Assembly: GCA_028534125.1 (NCBI GenBank)
Contig: CM052817.1
Location: forward strand, 91,514,001-91,578,000
Origin: Lama glama
Taxonomy: Eukaryota
Reading direction: 5' to 3'
DNA: 64,000 nucleotides
The notes under the pieces are model-generated. The model ran no database searches, was not told the origin of the DNA, and worked only from the letters and a program-made list of their open reading frames with translations. The position numbers were made by a program, and so were the translations under genes. This document shows, piece by piece, positions 37,516 to 52,619 of this stretch. Within the stretch, counting starts at the first letter, position 1. The number at the start of each line of letters is the position of its first letter.

Positions 37516-38427
37516 TATTTCTTTGTAAGTGCCTCACTAACATAGTAATTACTTTTATGGCTCTCCAATAAAGTGTAAAGAGTTATTTCATACTACTTGT
37601 TTCCTAGAAGTCTTGATATGATTAGAATGTTCTGAGCAGGATTGATGGAAGGTGAGGTTGTGTTGAGTCAATCCTAGCTTGAAACATAAAAATAATTTTC
37701 TTAGGAATAAACATCGTCATCACCACTTACACATCGAGGACTTCCACAGTTACTTTGAGGTAGGTCTAAATTCGGGGTGACTTTTTTTTTTAGCTTTAGT
37801 TTGTTAAATAAAACAAATGTATGTTTGTTATGGGAAACAGAAAAGTAGAAGTGAAGGGGGAAGCTGCCATAAAGACAACCATTGTTAATATTTTGATGTA
37901 TTTCTTTTTATATGCTTTATTATTATTTTTTCTTATAAATATACTTTGCTTAAAACATTATAAATCATTCTTCATCAATGAAAATATTTTTGAATACCTG
38001 AGCTACAGGAATGTTATTAAAAGAGGAAAAAAAAGATCAGCTCCAGTTTCTTTGAACAGCTTTTATTAGGTCAATTTACTTTTCTCATGTGATAAAGAGA
38101 CCAAAGGCAGCAGTCTGTATGGTGGGATGCTGTCAGCAGGATTCCAGGTTTATGCTACACTTCTGCTTTGTGGGGCTTTCTTTTTCATGCTTATAGAATG
38201 ATTGCTGAACCTCCAAGCACTGTATTCCATTCCAGGCAGAAAGGTATGGTGAGGGAAGTATAAAAGGCTCGTGCAGATACTCTTTTTTAAAAATCATAAA
38301 TCAGTTCATTTTTCTAGAAACCCAGAAACTCCCACTGAGGAAATTGTTTAAATTGTTTACAGATTATTAGACAGAACTGTGCCACTTGGACCCTACTTCC
38401 ATGAGAGCGTGAGACATCAAGTTTGTA

Positions 38428-38732
38428 CAGGCATACCTTGTTTGACTGTGCTTCGCAGATACTGCATTTTTTGCAGATTGAAGATTTGGCAACCGTATGT
38501 TGTCAATAATGGTCAGCATTTTTTTAGCAATAAAGTATTTTAAAATTAAGGTATGTACTTGGTTTTTTTAAGACATAATACTGTCGTGCACTTAATAAAC
38601 CACAGTATAGTGCAAACATAACTTTTATATGCACTGGGAAACCAAAAAAATTCGTGTGACTCACTTTATTGCCGCATTTGTTTTATTGCAGAGATCTGGA
38701 ACTGAACCCACAATATCTCCGAGATATGTCTG
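38428..38732. mobile_element. Non-autonomous Tigger1 derivative
   Basis: TIRs CAGGCATACC / GATATGTCTG, TA TSD; homologous to 4114-4598 in the opposite orientation. Confidence 0.8.
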
Positions 38733-39869
38733 TATAGTATTTTATAATTCTACCTGGAACAAAATTAGATTTATGTTAATTAGGAAGAATGGGAGAGTTT
38801 TTCAGAAAATGGAGAAATTTGGGCTAAAAAGAGCTACCATGAAAAAGATGAAAAAATCAGAACTGATGAAAATCACGGTAGCATGAAAGATAGTGGTGAC
38901 CAATATTTCCATATCTAATCACATTTTTTAAACTGTGTTTATTCATCCATTACATCTTAATTGAGCACTTGCCATATACTGCTGTGTGTTCAACACTTCC
39001 TGTCTTACATCCTCCTTACTTTCGGGGCCGCCTGCAGTATCCCGTCTCCCTCTACTTCAGTATTGCTTTGTGAGAAATCCCCAGCTTAGGCTTCCATCTG
39101 AGTATCTACAAATAGTACAAGTCTTTCAGTTAAAAGTTATCTGAGCAAATCTGCCTCTAGTCTTTTCCATTGTGACCAGTATCCTCATCATTCAACTGTT
39201 TTTTAGGAACTAAACAAAGGCAGGATAAATTCAGTGTTTTAAGAGAATCATAACACATGGCTTATATTTAGCTTTAGATACCATTTTCCCCAGTCCCTCT
39301 ATATTTACACTAGGAAGTATTGGGATATTTTTATTGGTAGAGATGGTAAGGATAGATAAGTGATTTTCTAGCCATTTAAAATTTTCAAAAGGGCCTGAAT
39401 TTCATAGGCTGTGTATATATGTTGATTTGGGGGCTAGGTCTCATGACTTTTCACATCTGTCCTAAGTACTATTTTAGATTAGATGTGTAAAAGGCAGGGA
39501 AGGGCATATCGTAACCAAATTTACAGAAATTAGACACTTAACATGTTTGTTAAAATCTGGTATGTATTTCTCTTAGTGTTTTAAAAATCAATTTTTGAGG
39601 TATAATTTTTTCCAAAGTTGATTTACTGAAATTAAAGTGCTAACTTGAAGTATTTTGTTATGACACTTGAATTAACTATGAGGTAACTTGACTAGTATCA
39701 TGAAATCTGGGTCCTGTAAATAACACTGAAAAGGCATGTTGAAAGGGAGTGACGTTGTAGTTGTATAAGTGAAAAAGTACAAAAGACCATGCAAAGGTGG
39801 TTAAATTTTCCCCAGTGCATAATTGGAATGAAATTTTTAGTTTTCCTCTTTTTTTCCCCCTACTTTCAG

Positions 39870-40310
39870 ATCCAGCTATGGGACACGGCGGGACAAGAAC
39901 GATTCAGAAAGAGCATGGTACAGCACTACTACAGAAATGTACATGCTGTTGTCTTCGTGTATGATATGACCAACATGGCGAGTTTTCATAGCCTGCCATC
40001 TTGGATAGAAGAATGCAAACAGCATTTGCTAGCCAACGATATACCACGGATTCTTGTTGGAAATAAATGTGACTTGAGAAGTGCCATTCAGGTACCCACA
40101 GACTTGGCACAGAAATTCGCTGACACGCACAGTATGCCTTTGTTTGAAACCTCTGCTAAAAACCCCAATGATAATGACCATGTGGAAGCTATATTTATGA
40201 CCTTGGCTCATAAGCTTAAGAGCCATAAACCATTAATGCTTAGTCAACCCCCTGATAACGGAATTACCCTGAAGCCTGAACCAAAGCCTGCAATGACGTG
40301 CTGGTGCTAA
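39870..40310 (+). CDS. RAB33B: Rab-33B coding exon 2 (146 aa plus stop)
   Basis: Acceptor TTTTCCCCCTACTTTCAG|ATC; WDTAGQE, GNKCD, ETSAK motifs; C-terminal CWC prenylation motif; spliced product 229 aa. Confidence 0.98.
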   Translation: MQLWDTAGQERFRKSMVQHYYRNVHAVVFVYDMTNMASFHSLPSWIEECKQHLLANDIPRILVGNKCDLRSAIQVPTDLAQKFADTHSMPLFETSAKNPNDNDHVEAIFMTLAHKLKSHKPLMLSQPPDNGITLKPEPKPAMTCWC

Positions 40311-42700
40311 ATAACAGTCTTTATTATACTATCTAATTTTGACGACAAATACCTTTGAAGTATGACAGTGAAAAGTCATAGAATTTAATCTGAAATATAA
40401 TGGATGGTCCTGACACTTTACTTTTTATCATTGTCATGCTTATTTTTGTGTTTTGTACCTACTTAATCAAGTTTGTCACTGTGACAACACAAGGAAAAAG
40501 TTTTCAAGTGAGGTTGAAATGAAGTTAGGATGAATCAGAACATCTTTCCATTGAGAGCCCAATGAAGGAAGCTTCACGTGAGAACATGATGGAATTTTAA
40601 GAGTCACTAATTGTTTAATCCTGTGTTCCTGGGATTGAAAAAATATATTAAGGGTTTAGTATATTTGTTGGCATGTCCTTTGAATGAGAAGTGTTCTCAA
40701 TAGGATAAAAACTGATATTTGCCTCTCCCTTAAGTTGTTTCTTTGTGTTATTGGTTTATGTAATTGCATTATAATTGGTATATTTTAGAGTCAAGACTTT
40801 AGTTCCAGTGGGAAGAGAAGGTGTAAAATGTTTTCTGGTTCTCAGTCCATAAAGAATGACTTTTCCAACAGTTCTAGATGCTATATATCTCTAATCAATA
40901 TCAATCAGGTCTACAAAAATTATTGTTATTTTTAAAAGAGTAATTTGAATTGTTTTCTTACTAAGTTCTTTAAAATATGCAGAAGTAAATCAGATTTTAA
41001 TGCAAAAGACATGACATAATAAGGTGCTTTATACTTTGTTTTGGTATTTTTAAACAGTGAAAAACTAACTGAAAGGTTTGAGGAGTTGTAATTTGGGAGA
41101 GAATAGGTGAACGTGGTTCCAGCTACCACAACAGACCTATTCCTGGCTTTTAGTAATTTCAAGCTGTGTATCTGACATAGTATCTCTTGCTCTCCCCCAC
41201 TCTCCAGTCAATGTAATGCCTTCAGGCTGAATTAGCAAATCATCTTCCATTTGGACTGAGGGCATACCTTTAATTGCTAAGTGTCTACATGTATTTCTCT
41301 AATAGTACTGTGTTACAGTACATGGGTTGTTTAAATCTTTAAATTTTACGGTCGTAACAAGATACTCCTCCTCGGTGTGAAAAATAAATTAAATATTGAA
41401 AAATATCTAGTCTGTCCCTCAGTGGTAGAAAGGCTATTTCATAAAGTTTTTTACCCTAAATACTTCTTAAAAATTTTTTTTAAAAATACTTTTATTTTGA
41501 ATTTAGGACTTTGCACATGGAAAATAGTAAGCTTGCATATGAAGCTATTAACATGAATGGAATGTAAGCCATGACCTTTAACTGAAGTGTGCATATTCAC
41601 TAATTCTGAAAGATTGCTGAATTTAATCATTTTAGAGGAAATTAAGCCAAAAGGTGATTATATTTAAAATATTTTCAGAATGTGGGAAACTAATTAAATA
41701 TGTGATCTAATCTAATCTAATCTAGTGTAGAATTTTCTGTTTAATCATCATGGTGGTCCTGACTGGATAATTTATAGAACAAGATAATTCTATTAAATGA
41801 ACTAACTGAAAGTAATAATTATAGGAAATAACTGTTCTGTTTTAAACATCAAAGCTTAAAGAAAAACAAATTGGCTTTGATTTTAAGGAGATTAATCCAG
41901 TTTTCTTACCATGCTGGAATTAAAAATGGTTTGACTTTATCTAAATTAATGTTGATTTATAACTATTTTTATAGTAAAACAATGACAGCTGTTACAGTTG
42001 TGATGGGTGTAACAGTTTTTTAAAGAAGGGAATCTGCTTATTGCTTATCAAAACATTTTTCTAAAGTGGAAGAAGAAAGTTTACAGACTTTCCAAGCACA
42101 TTTATGTTTTCTCAGTGCTGTTATTAATCATTTTTAAAAAAAGGTAATTTAACTTTCTTTTTGTAAGAAGTTAGTAGTAAGTATCCTTTACAGTTCTGTG
42201 AAAGGCCTTATTTTTTCACTTTAATATTTATTAATTTTAAAATATTTGTATCCCATTTATAGTGACTTATGGTTTTAGTTTTTTCTACATGCTTTTATTT
42301 TTAAAAAGAACATACTTAACAGCTGAATGGGGATAAAGCTTTTAGATATTTTCCAAAATATTTATAAAATGCTTCACTGACTATTGAGAAATCACTTCTA
42401 AATGGTGGCTATCAAACAACTAATTATTTTAAAGCACAAATCACACATTTTGTAACTTCTGTGTGAACTTATTTTAACTGTGACCTTTAGTTGAAAACAT
42501 CAGATATGTTTTAGAAAAGTCATAATTTGAGAACACCAAAGGAAGCTCATCCAGTTAGCTATGACTAGCAGTGCTTTATTGGCAGTATATTGCTAATACA
42601 TTTCCTCATGAAGTCTAAACTAGGGTTAAATAATTTTGTTGTGGAATAGTGTCACTGTAACTTTGCCCTCATGAAGTTCAATAAACCAGCTTTGGCATAA
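40311..42700 (+). other. RAB33B: RAB33B 3' UTR
   Basis: Repeat-free AT-rich sequence; AATAAA at 41383 and 42680. Confidence 0.7.
42680..42685 (+). terminator. Probable distal polyadenylation signal of RAB33B
   Basis: AATAAA followed ~25 nt later by a U/GU-rich tract (GTGATTTATTTTCTTTATTTGGTT). Confidence 0.6.
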
Positions 42701-43254
42701 GGAAATTGTGATTTATTTTCTTTATTTGGTTACTAGGTTGAATCTAAAATAAAACAAAACATACCTCTTCTTTCCCCAGACTTCCAGGTAATTTGTAATA
42801 CATTAGACTCAAACAGAAACGAACTCATCTGGAAATTTCTTTGGGAAATACCTTCAGGGTTAAAGAACCTTTCAAGAAAAAGCCCGTAGTACTATGGCTG
42901 ATATGGTAACATTTTTATTTGAGAGGCTGAGTAATCCAACTTGTTTAAGAACAAACACTTCAGTGCAAATGGCCAGTACTACAAAAGTGGTTGACATCTC
43001 TAGATTTACAGGTAAAAGAATTTAGCAGAATGAATAACTATAAAATGTATGAGAAAGAAGAAAAAGAAATACATGGTGGGTTTAAGATGATCGTTTCTAC
43101 ATGCAGATTACTGATTTAGGCCCTTTAGGAAAATGTGGATTGGGACCTGGGGCCTCTGAAGTTCATACTACTTTCCCTGGTCAATGTATTTCATCTGTAA
43201 GTCACTCTATTGTTCAAACGCAAAATTACATTATTCATGAAAGACCGCTTTTTT

Positions 43255-44684
43255 TTTTTGACATGCATGCATGCATGCATGTATGTATGTATGTATGTAT
43301 GTATGTATTTATTTATATCTATTTTTATATATAGTAGCTTACATTTCCAAATCTCAAACTCCCAAATTTATCCCTTCCCACCCCCTTTCCCCTGGTAACC
43401 ATGATTGTTTACTATGTCTGCGAGTCTGTTTCTGTTTTGTAGATGAATTCATAGTGTCCTTTTTTTCCTTTCTCCTTTTTTAGATTCCACATATGAGTGA
43501 TATCATAGGTATTTTTCTTTCTCTTTCTGGCTTACTTCACTTACAATGACAATCTGTAGGTCCATCCATGTTGCTGCAAATGGCATTATTTTATTCTTTT
43601 TTATCACTGAGTAGTATTCCATTGTATAAATATACTACAGCATCTTTATCCAGTCATCATTTGATGGACATTTAGATTGTTTCCATGTCTTGGCTTTTGT
43701 AAATGGTGCTGCTAGGAACATTGGGGTGCATGTGCCTTTTTGAAGAGTTAAGGTTCCATCCGGGGATGCCCAGGAGTGGGATTGCTGGATCACATGGTAA
43801 GTCTGTTTTTGGTTTTCTGAGGAGTCTCTATACTGCTTTCCATAACGGCTGCACCAAACTACATGCCCACCAGCAGTGTACGAGGGTTCCCTTTTCTCCA
43901 TACCCTCTCCAGCATTTATCATTTGTGGACTATTGAATGATGGCCCTTCTGACTGATGTGAGGTGATAACTTCACTGTAGTTTTGATTTGCATTTCTCTG
44001 ATAATTGGTAATATTGAGCATTTTTTCGTGTACCTATTGGCCATTTGTATGTCTTCATTGCATAATTGCTTGTTTAGGTCTTCTGCCCATTTTTGAATTG
44101 GGTTTTGTTGTTATTGTTGTTACTAAGTTCTATGAGCTGTTTATAGATTCTGGAAATCAAGCCTTTGTCAGTCACATCATTTCCAAATATTTTCTCCCAT
44201 TCCATAGATTGTGTTTTTGTTTTGCTTATGATTTCCTTTTGCTGTGCAAATGCTTATAAGTTTAATTAGGTCCCATTTGTTAATTTTTGCTTTTATTTCT
44301 GTTGCCTGGGTAGACTGTCCTAGGAGAACATTGCTGAGATTTATGTCAGAGAATGTTTTGCCTATGTTTTCTTCTAGGAGATTTATGGTATCTTGTCTTA
44401 TATTTACATCTTTAAGCCATTTTGAGTTTGTTTTTGTGTATGGTGTGAGAGAATGTTCTAACTTCATTTGTTTACATGTTGCTATCCAGTTTTCCCATCA
44501 CCATTTGCTGAAGAGACTGAATTTTCTCCATTGTATATTCTTGCTTCCTTTGTCGAAGATTAATTGACCATAGTTGTGTGGGTTTATTTCTGGGCTCTCT
44601 ATTCCATTCCATTGATCCATATGTCTGTTTTTATGCCAATACCATGCTGTTTTGATTACTGTAGCTCTGTAGTATTGTCTGAAG
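43255..44684 (-). mobile_element. 5'-truncated lineage-specific L1
   Basis: ORF2 C-terminal peptides; 16-bp TSD GAAAGACYGCTTTTTT at 43239 and 44685. Confidence 0.9.
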
Positions 44685-45233
44685 GAAAGACTGCTTTTTT
44701 AAATTGGATAATAAGACAGTAATTTGGACAAGTCTTTTGGGGGCAAATACTAATTCACTTCGTCTGTTGAAATAACCTGATTTATCAAGCATTTGTCATT
44801 ATAAAATAATATATTAACATGGGAATTCTGTAATATAATGTGGTAAATGTAATTAAAGAGACAAATACAAAGGACAGTGAGCACAGAGAATGGTGTGATC
44901 TTGTGGCTCTGATGCAGAGGAGGAGTGTGCAGTGAAATGAAGGGGTGGTCAGAACCTGGGAAATGAAGCTCGCAAGGCGGGTTGTAGTTGAACCACCAAG
45001 TTGCCATAGGCAGTGGAATTAGGACTCACTTGGGTGCAAGTGTCAGAAACTCAGTTCAAATGCACCTACAGGGGAATTTATTGCCAAAAATCTGACTTGT
45101 GCAACGTGAGACTCTAGGAGAAGGATGCAGCTGGACCCAAAGGAGAGCTGGGATTGAGCACTCAGTGTCCTACTTTTGGGCTCACCTTTGCTGCACACCT
45201 TCATTTTCTCTCTTTTGTAACTGAACTTCTCCA

Positions 45234-45235
45234 TA

Positions 45236-45268
<33 letters not shown>

Positions 45269-45648
45269 TTAAAGTATAGTCAGTTTACAATGTGTCAATT
45301 TCTGGTGTACAGCACAATGCTTCAGTCATACCTGAACATACATATATTCGTTTTCATATTCTTTTTCACCATAAGTTACTATAAGAATATAGTTCCCTGT
45401 ACTATACAGTATGAACTTGTTTATCTATTTTATATATAGTAGCTAGTATCTGCAAATCTTGAACTCCCAATTTATCCCTTCCCACCCCCTTTTCCACTGG
45501 TAACCATAAGTTTGTTTTGTATGTCTGTGAGTCTGTTCCTGTTTTATAAATAAGTTTGTCTTTGTTGTTGTTTTTTTTTTTTTTTAGATTGCACATGCAA
45601 GTGATATCATGTGGTATTTTTCTTTCTCTTTCTAGCTTACTTCACTTC
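45234..45648 (-). mobile_element. L1 3' UTR fragment with adjacent (TA)n
   Basis: Homologous to 19802-20185. Confidence 0.8.
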
Positions 45649-46089
45649 CACTTTTCTGGTTCAGTTGGCAGAAAACATGACCACTGACTGTTTCTGAACT
45701 TTTGCTTGTTGCAGGCATCCAAAGAGAAATTGACTGATTATCAGTCCCAGATCAAAATTTCTAGGATGGCCTGGATAGAGTCAGGTGCCCAGTCCAAGGC
45801 CTATAGCCAAGAAAAGATCAAATAGGGAATTCCACGTTTGGGGAAGAAGGAATTTTGAAGAAGGGAAGGGAAAAAGAGGATAGCCACACAGAAACATTTG
45901 AGCTTTACTATTTAGGCAGTGGGTAACCAATGAAAACATTTAAGCAAGGTAGTGAGTGAGACCATCAGATTTATGTGAGAAATTCCAGTGGCAAGGGAAA
46001 GGATATGTGGGTATGGAGCCATGGTGGCCAGTCAGGTTACTGTAATAGCCTAGCAGAAAGAACTTTCACTAGGATGTTGACAGAAGAAT

Positions 46090-46203
46090 ATACCATACAG
46101 CATTTACCTTTCTCTGGCTTACTTCACTTAGCATGACACTCTACAGATTCATCCATGTTGTAACAAATGGCAAGATTTTCTTCTTTTTAAGACAGTAATA
46201 TTC

Positions 46204-46241
<38 letters not shown>

Positions 46242-46950
46242 TTGTGTGACATTTTCTTTATTCATTCGCCAGTGGACACTCAGGTAGTTTCCATACCTTG
46301 GCAATTGTGGCTAAAGGCTGCAGTGGACATGGGAGTATAGGTGTCTCTCTGACATAATGGTTTTGTTTCCTTTGTATACCCATAAGGTGGGATTGTTGGA
46401 TCATATTGTAGTTCTATGTTTAATTTCTTGGGGTATCTTCATACTATTTCCCATAGTTGCTGTACCAGTTTACATTCCCAGCATCAGTGTACAAGGATCT
46501 TTTTTTCCCACAGCCTTGCCAGGATTTGCTATCTCTTGTCTTTTTGATAACCATCCTAGGTTAGGTGTGAGGTAATATCTCATTGTGGTTTTGATTTGCT
46601 TTTCCCTGATGATTAGTGATACTGAGCACCTTTTCATGTACATGTTGGCCATTTGTATGTCTTTGGGAAAATGTCTATTCAGGCCCTTCTTCTATGTTTA
46701 AATTATGTTATTTATTTTTGCTATTGCGTTAGATGAGTTCCTTGTATATTTTGGATATTAACCCCTTATTAGATATGTGATTGGCAAATATTTAAATACC
46801 CCTTATTGTATGTGTTGTTTGCAAAATTTCTCCCATTCTGTAGGTTGCCTTTTAATTTTGTTGACAATTTCCTTTGCTGTGCAGAAGCATTTTAATTTCA
46901 TGTAGTCCCACTTGTTTATTTTTGCTTTCGTTACCTTTGCTTTTGATGTT
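46090..46950 (-). mobile_element. Older L1 (L1MA-type) fragment with (TG)n
   Basis: [17 protein letters not shown] peptide; more diverged than neighbouring L1s. Confidence 0.75.
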
Positions 46951-48499
46951 ATGTAATCATTTTCTTAAAGAGGGTCCACTAAAGTGAAAAAGATATCAGG
47001 TCTCCTAAAACCCAGATATTCACCTGGAATGAATATATTCATTCTGTGGGACACTTCAGGTCTGTAAGTGATTTATCAGTATTCCTGGCATTTATTTCTG
47101 CCAGTCTCTGTTGCGTCTGCTGCAGTTTTGGCTTATTGACAGAGAACATCCAGTTTCTCAAGCCAGCAATTCATAAAGTTGTTCTGCAAATATAAGATTA
47201 GTCAGTGTTGTCTGCTTCATGGAGTCTGTTGTCCCATTGTATCCACAGATGCTGAATAACACACATTTTTAAATTCTGAAGACATAGGAACTTAATCACA
47301 AAAGGTCATGTGTATCATAAACCAGATGCGGAAGCACCCCTTACGCCTTCGTCCTGCTTCCTCTTCTCTTCTGGCTGAACAGCCTTTCCCATTATGATAT
47401 CTTCAGACAGCACTTGATTCCCAAACCCACTTCCAGGGCCTTGACTTTGCCCCTGAATCCCTGTGGCCCATCTTCTTTTTGAGGTACCAGTGGCACACCC
47501 AAATGAAACATGTCAAAATCCAAACTCATAATCCTCCTCCCTGAACTCTCTTTTTCCCTACATTTCCTCAAAACCTCCGGGCTCTATTTGAGGCTTCCCT
47601 TACCTCCCGGGGACCTGTCACTTCCCGTTGCCTTTGATCCTTGTGTTTGTCTTCTTTCCGAAAAGCCGTGGACACTGCGCATAGACTCTGAGGTCCAACT
47701 ACTTGGGGACTGAATCCCAGATATTCTAATGGTGAAGCCTCTCAAGGCCTGTGTCCTCTCATTTTTAAAAGGGGGCTGACAATAACTCGTAGGGTTATTG
47801 TGAGAATTGAATGAGTTAATATATGGATAGTATCTATTGCAGCACAGATTTCTCCAAAACCTAGTAGGTAAAGCCACAGTCATGTGCTATCTGTCACTGT
47901 TGTGGTGGGTCGGGAATGGGAGAGTGGTCCAGCGAGGCAGGTCTGCTGTCATCTAACAGCAGGGAGGGGACACCAAACAGCTGATCCTCCTCCAGCATCT
48001 CTTCCTCTCTGGTATCTCCACATGGTGGCTTCAGGGTAGCGAGCCTTCTCCTAGGGTGGCTGAAGATGCACAGAGCAAGCGCCCTGAGATAACCCTGCTG
48101 AAGCCCCAGGGCCTTTTCTCAGTTAGCTCGGAAGTTCTGCTCTATTCATCTCCAATGGCAATCGCTAAAGCCTCTGGAGGTTGGAGACACAGCTGTGTAT
48201 GGGGGCCTTTCAGAAAACTTGTGGACCTTTAAAAAAAAGCATCACAGAGAGTGACCATGAACATGTTTTGTGCTGTTCAGATGACTCACTGGTTCTCTCC
48301 TGGCAGAGTAATTAAAAGACTTTGAGTCTTCTTTCACAAAAAGACATGATTCAAATTGTTGACCGTTTCTCTAATGACGAAGATCTGGAATGTATTTCAT
48401 CCTAAGGAATATGCTACCGGAATAGTTACTTTTAGAAAAAACAAACATGCTTTATCTCTTCCTGATGGATGTTTGAAAATGTTTCCATCTGATGTGCTT

Positions 48500-49312
<813 letters not shown>

Positions 49313-50183
49313 CCATCTGATGTGCTTTTGTTTCTAAAGCCTATAAAACTTCTGTCTGAGCATTTAAAAATTATTTATATATTTATGTGTTTATTTACAT
49401 CTAAACAGGCTAATGATCAAAAGCAAAGAGGTGTCTAAGGATTCCCTCAAAACAATAACGAAGATGGATACTGATCCTGCTGGTGCCCCCACAGAATGCC
49501 GGGGGTGGTGACGGTGGTGGTGCCCTGAGATGTATTAGCAAGTACCTTGTTATGGCAGATACTGTTGAGCATTTGAGAAGTCATAATTTTCTATTCTGTT
49601 TAGAAATTTCCCTAACTAAGACTTACACTAGATTTTGGATCCATTTGTTACATACACACACACACACACACATACATACATATATATAGCGCACCCAGTT
49701 AGTTTGTAAGAACAAATTGGGGAGATGGATATCTAGCAGATGAATACCAGTAAAAGCCTTTGCATAGCTGATAGGTGGAATAGAAAACTCAGCCTCCAGA
49801 TTTAATAAGCCTGGTGGTGGATGTTGTTCTGTTTGGACGTAAGGATCTTTTGTGAGGTCTTTTTTTCTTTTTTTCCCTTAACTTTGGTATTAAATCAAGT
49901 GTCGATATAAACTGGATTTAGAAATAGACCTTTGCCTTGCTTTATCATGAAGCATTAAACCAAGATTTTCAAAATAATGAAGCATATTTAATCTTACTAC
50001 TTTCCCTGAAAAATACTGGCAAAATAGGCCTGGGTGTGTGAGAGAATAAAAAGGCTTTTCAAGACTATGTAAAAAGAAAGAAAATGATTATTTAAAACTA
50101 TATTTCATCTCATCCCTGAAATTTCTATTTTGTATGTGTTTCTTAATCTACTTAATGTTATCAGTACGGATCGAGACCATAGG

Positions 50184-50280
50184 TTTATTTATTTATTTAT
50201 TATAATGGCGGTACCCGGGGTTGAACCCAGGACCTTGCGTGCTAAGCGTGAGCTCTACCACTGAGCTATACCCTCCCCCC
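50184..50280 (-). mobile_element. tRNA-derived camelid-type SINE
   Basis: A/B-box core; TSD GACCATAGGTTTA (50175) / GACCACAGGTTTA (50288). Confidence 0.85.
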
Positions 50281-50568
50281 AGATTGTGACCACAGGTTTA
50301 GATGAACATGCATTGGAAGTGCTGATCACACACTTTTTCTGATAAGGGTGTCTGGTCTGAAGAGTTTGAAGACCACTGACCTACATACACACTTGGTCAG
50401 CATCTGTGGAACCACCTGAGCCAGTGGCATGTGTGTCCTTCGTGGCTTTGTGGGTATGTGCTTCTTCACCGCTGTGGGAAGAGACAGAGGCAGGACCCAC
50501 TGCTTGAGGGTTCATGCTAAGCATCCTCCCCTGGATTCTTCCCTCCCTGGAATATTACAGTGGGAATG

Positions 50569-51965
50569 AGGAGGAACTACTTTCATTAATTCTGCTGATA
50601 GCAGCCTTGATTATGTATAATAATCTCCACATCTTCACAGTCAGTATCTAGTCTTTGAATGTCATTTGTTTCCTCCACAGTCACCCTCTTTCCCAAAATG
50701 TTCACCATGTGAAAATCACTCATATCCTTAAGTGATTCCTCTTGATTCTTTAACAATTTGGTTCCAAGGGCTTTCAAGAGGAAAAACATTCCCAATGTGA
50801 TGGTTGAGTCATGCTTGCTGAAATGAGCAATTCATGCCCGACAGGATGCTAGAGCAATACTGCATTAAGACTTTGGTGAGGAAGTGTGTCTTCTGGGAGT
50901 TTTGTTACATGAAAGTAAAAATGAAGTCACTCTGCTTTTAACTCCTTTGCTAAGCTTAAAAAAACCCTCCAGCATTTCTTAATTTTAAAAACATAATGAA
51001 CTTAAAATACTGAAGTTCTTTTTCTCTTGTATTGTGATGGCAAGCAAAGTCTTGTTTTGCCAGCTGAACCTTGGCAAGACCATCTTACATCTCCCTTAGC
51101 CTCAGTTTCCCCATCTGCAAAATGGGGTCAATAATGTGTCTATAATAATACCTGTCCCCTTTTATACCTTAACACATTTTTTATTAAATTGATTTATACT
51201 AATGAAATCCTCTTAGAAGCGTATGTAGGGCTTCTTTTTGCCATTGACAAAGTCATTTCTAATACAAACTTCTCTGTGAGCTATTGTATTTTGTCTTCTG
51301 GATGCTTTCACCCCCACGTTTCCTACAGCCAGAATCTTTTTTGGCCTTATGAACTGAATTGAGATCAGATACTCTCAGACTGAAACTAACAATTTTACTG
51401 ACATTATTGATAAAATGTTAATATTTCCAAAAATTGTAATTATTTTTAAAAACAATTAGGAGGTTAGATTATTTCCTTCAAAAGGCCTATGTACCATGCT
51501 TGCTGAGAAGTTGATTACAAATTAAATGGCTTACTTGTAGCTAAATCATTAAAATTTTTTATTTCAGAAAAAACAGTACTGTGGGTGCATTTTGATATAT
51601 TTCATATGATGTGGAGTGAGACTTTCAAAAGAGGGCTTGGAAATTTGAATAAAGACTGTGTGCTAGGTGGTATTAGGGAATGACTGTTAATTATCTTAGT
51701 TGTAATAATCATATTGAGGTTAAGTGGGAGAATCTTAGGAGCTCCAGATGCAAGTATTCAGCATCTTGCTTTGAAAGGGTTCTGTAAAACAATAACTATA
51801 TGGTAGAAAGGAGGAACTAATCCCATGTCTTCTGCTCATAGTAGCCTTGATTATGGGTAATAATTTCCATATCTTTGTGGTCAGTATTCTTTTATTTGAC
51901 TGTCATTTGTTTCCTACACAATCATCCTCTTAAGTGTATGCCACTTGAAAATTACTCAGCATATC
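50569..51965. repeat. Diverged direct repeat pair: 50569-50726 and 51809-51965
   Basis: Collinear alignment by eye, roughly three-quarters identical, with shared blocks AGGAGGAACTA, AGCCTTGATTATG, TGTCATTTGTTTCCT. Confidence 0.85.
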
Positions 51966-52619
51966 AGCCACTACTTTCAAAAACTCCTGCAAAATGATAA
52001 AGTCTATGTGTGTGTTGATATATATATATATATATACATATACACACATGCAGTTGGTTTGAACAGAGGAGGCACTTAAGGAGGGGAAGTAAAGAGAAAT
52101 GGGAAATTTAAGTGGTCAGTGAGAGCCACCTCACCCCTGGCGCGTGATGCTGAGTCTGTCAGAAGCAGGCATTCCACCTTGACTGGCTGGGTCACCTTCA
52201 CTTCCAGACGTCTCCTCCCAAGACTCCCTAAGGTGTCTGCTGCTGTGGCAATCCAAATAGCAATTAGGCAACATTGTAAATCAAATATACTTCAGTTTTT
52301 TAAAAAAGTTAAAAAGCAAAACAAAACAGCAACCAAAAAAACCAAATAGCTATCGGACGATGAGGGTGACACAGTATTTTCCACTATATTCCACTCTCAG
52401 CCAATTACAATCGCTCCCTTAACTTTTGTTTTGTTTTGTTACGTTTTGTTTTGTTTTGTTTTGTTTTGCTAGTAAGATGTCTTCCTTGATTATCCCTTCC
52501 TGGAAGTCATCCAACCATCATACGTATCCTGTGTTAAGACACTTGTTATTGCCACTGTGAACTCTTGTTCAGCTTCTCCTTTCCTTTGATGAAGAAGTAA
52601 TGAATAGAAGATGGAGATT

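Noticed and set aside
39789..39869. N-terminal extension of the 173-aa ORF
   Set aside because: Intronic read-through including the polypyrimidine tract; the exon starts at 39870.
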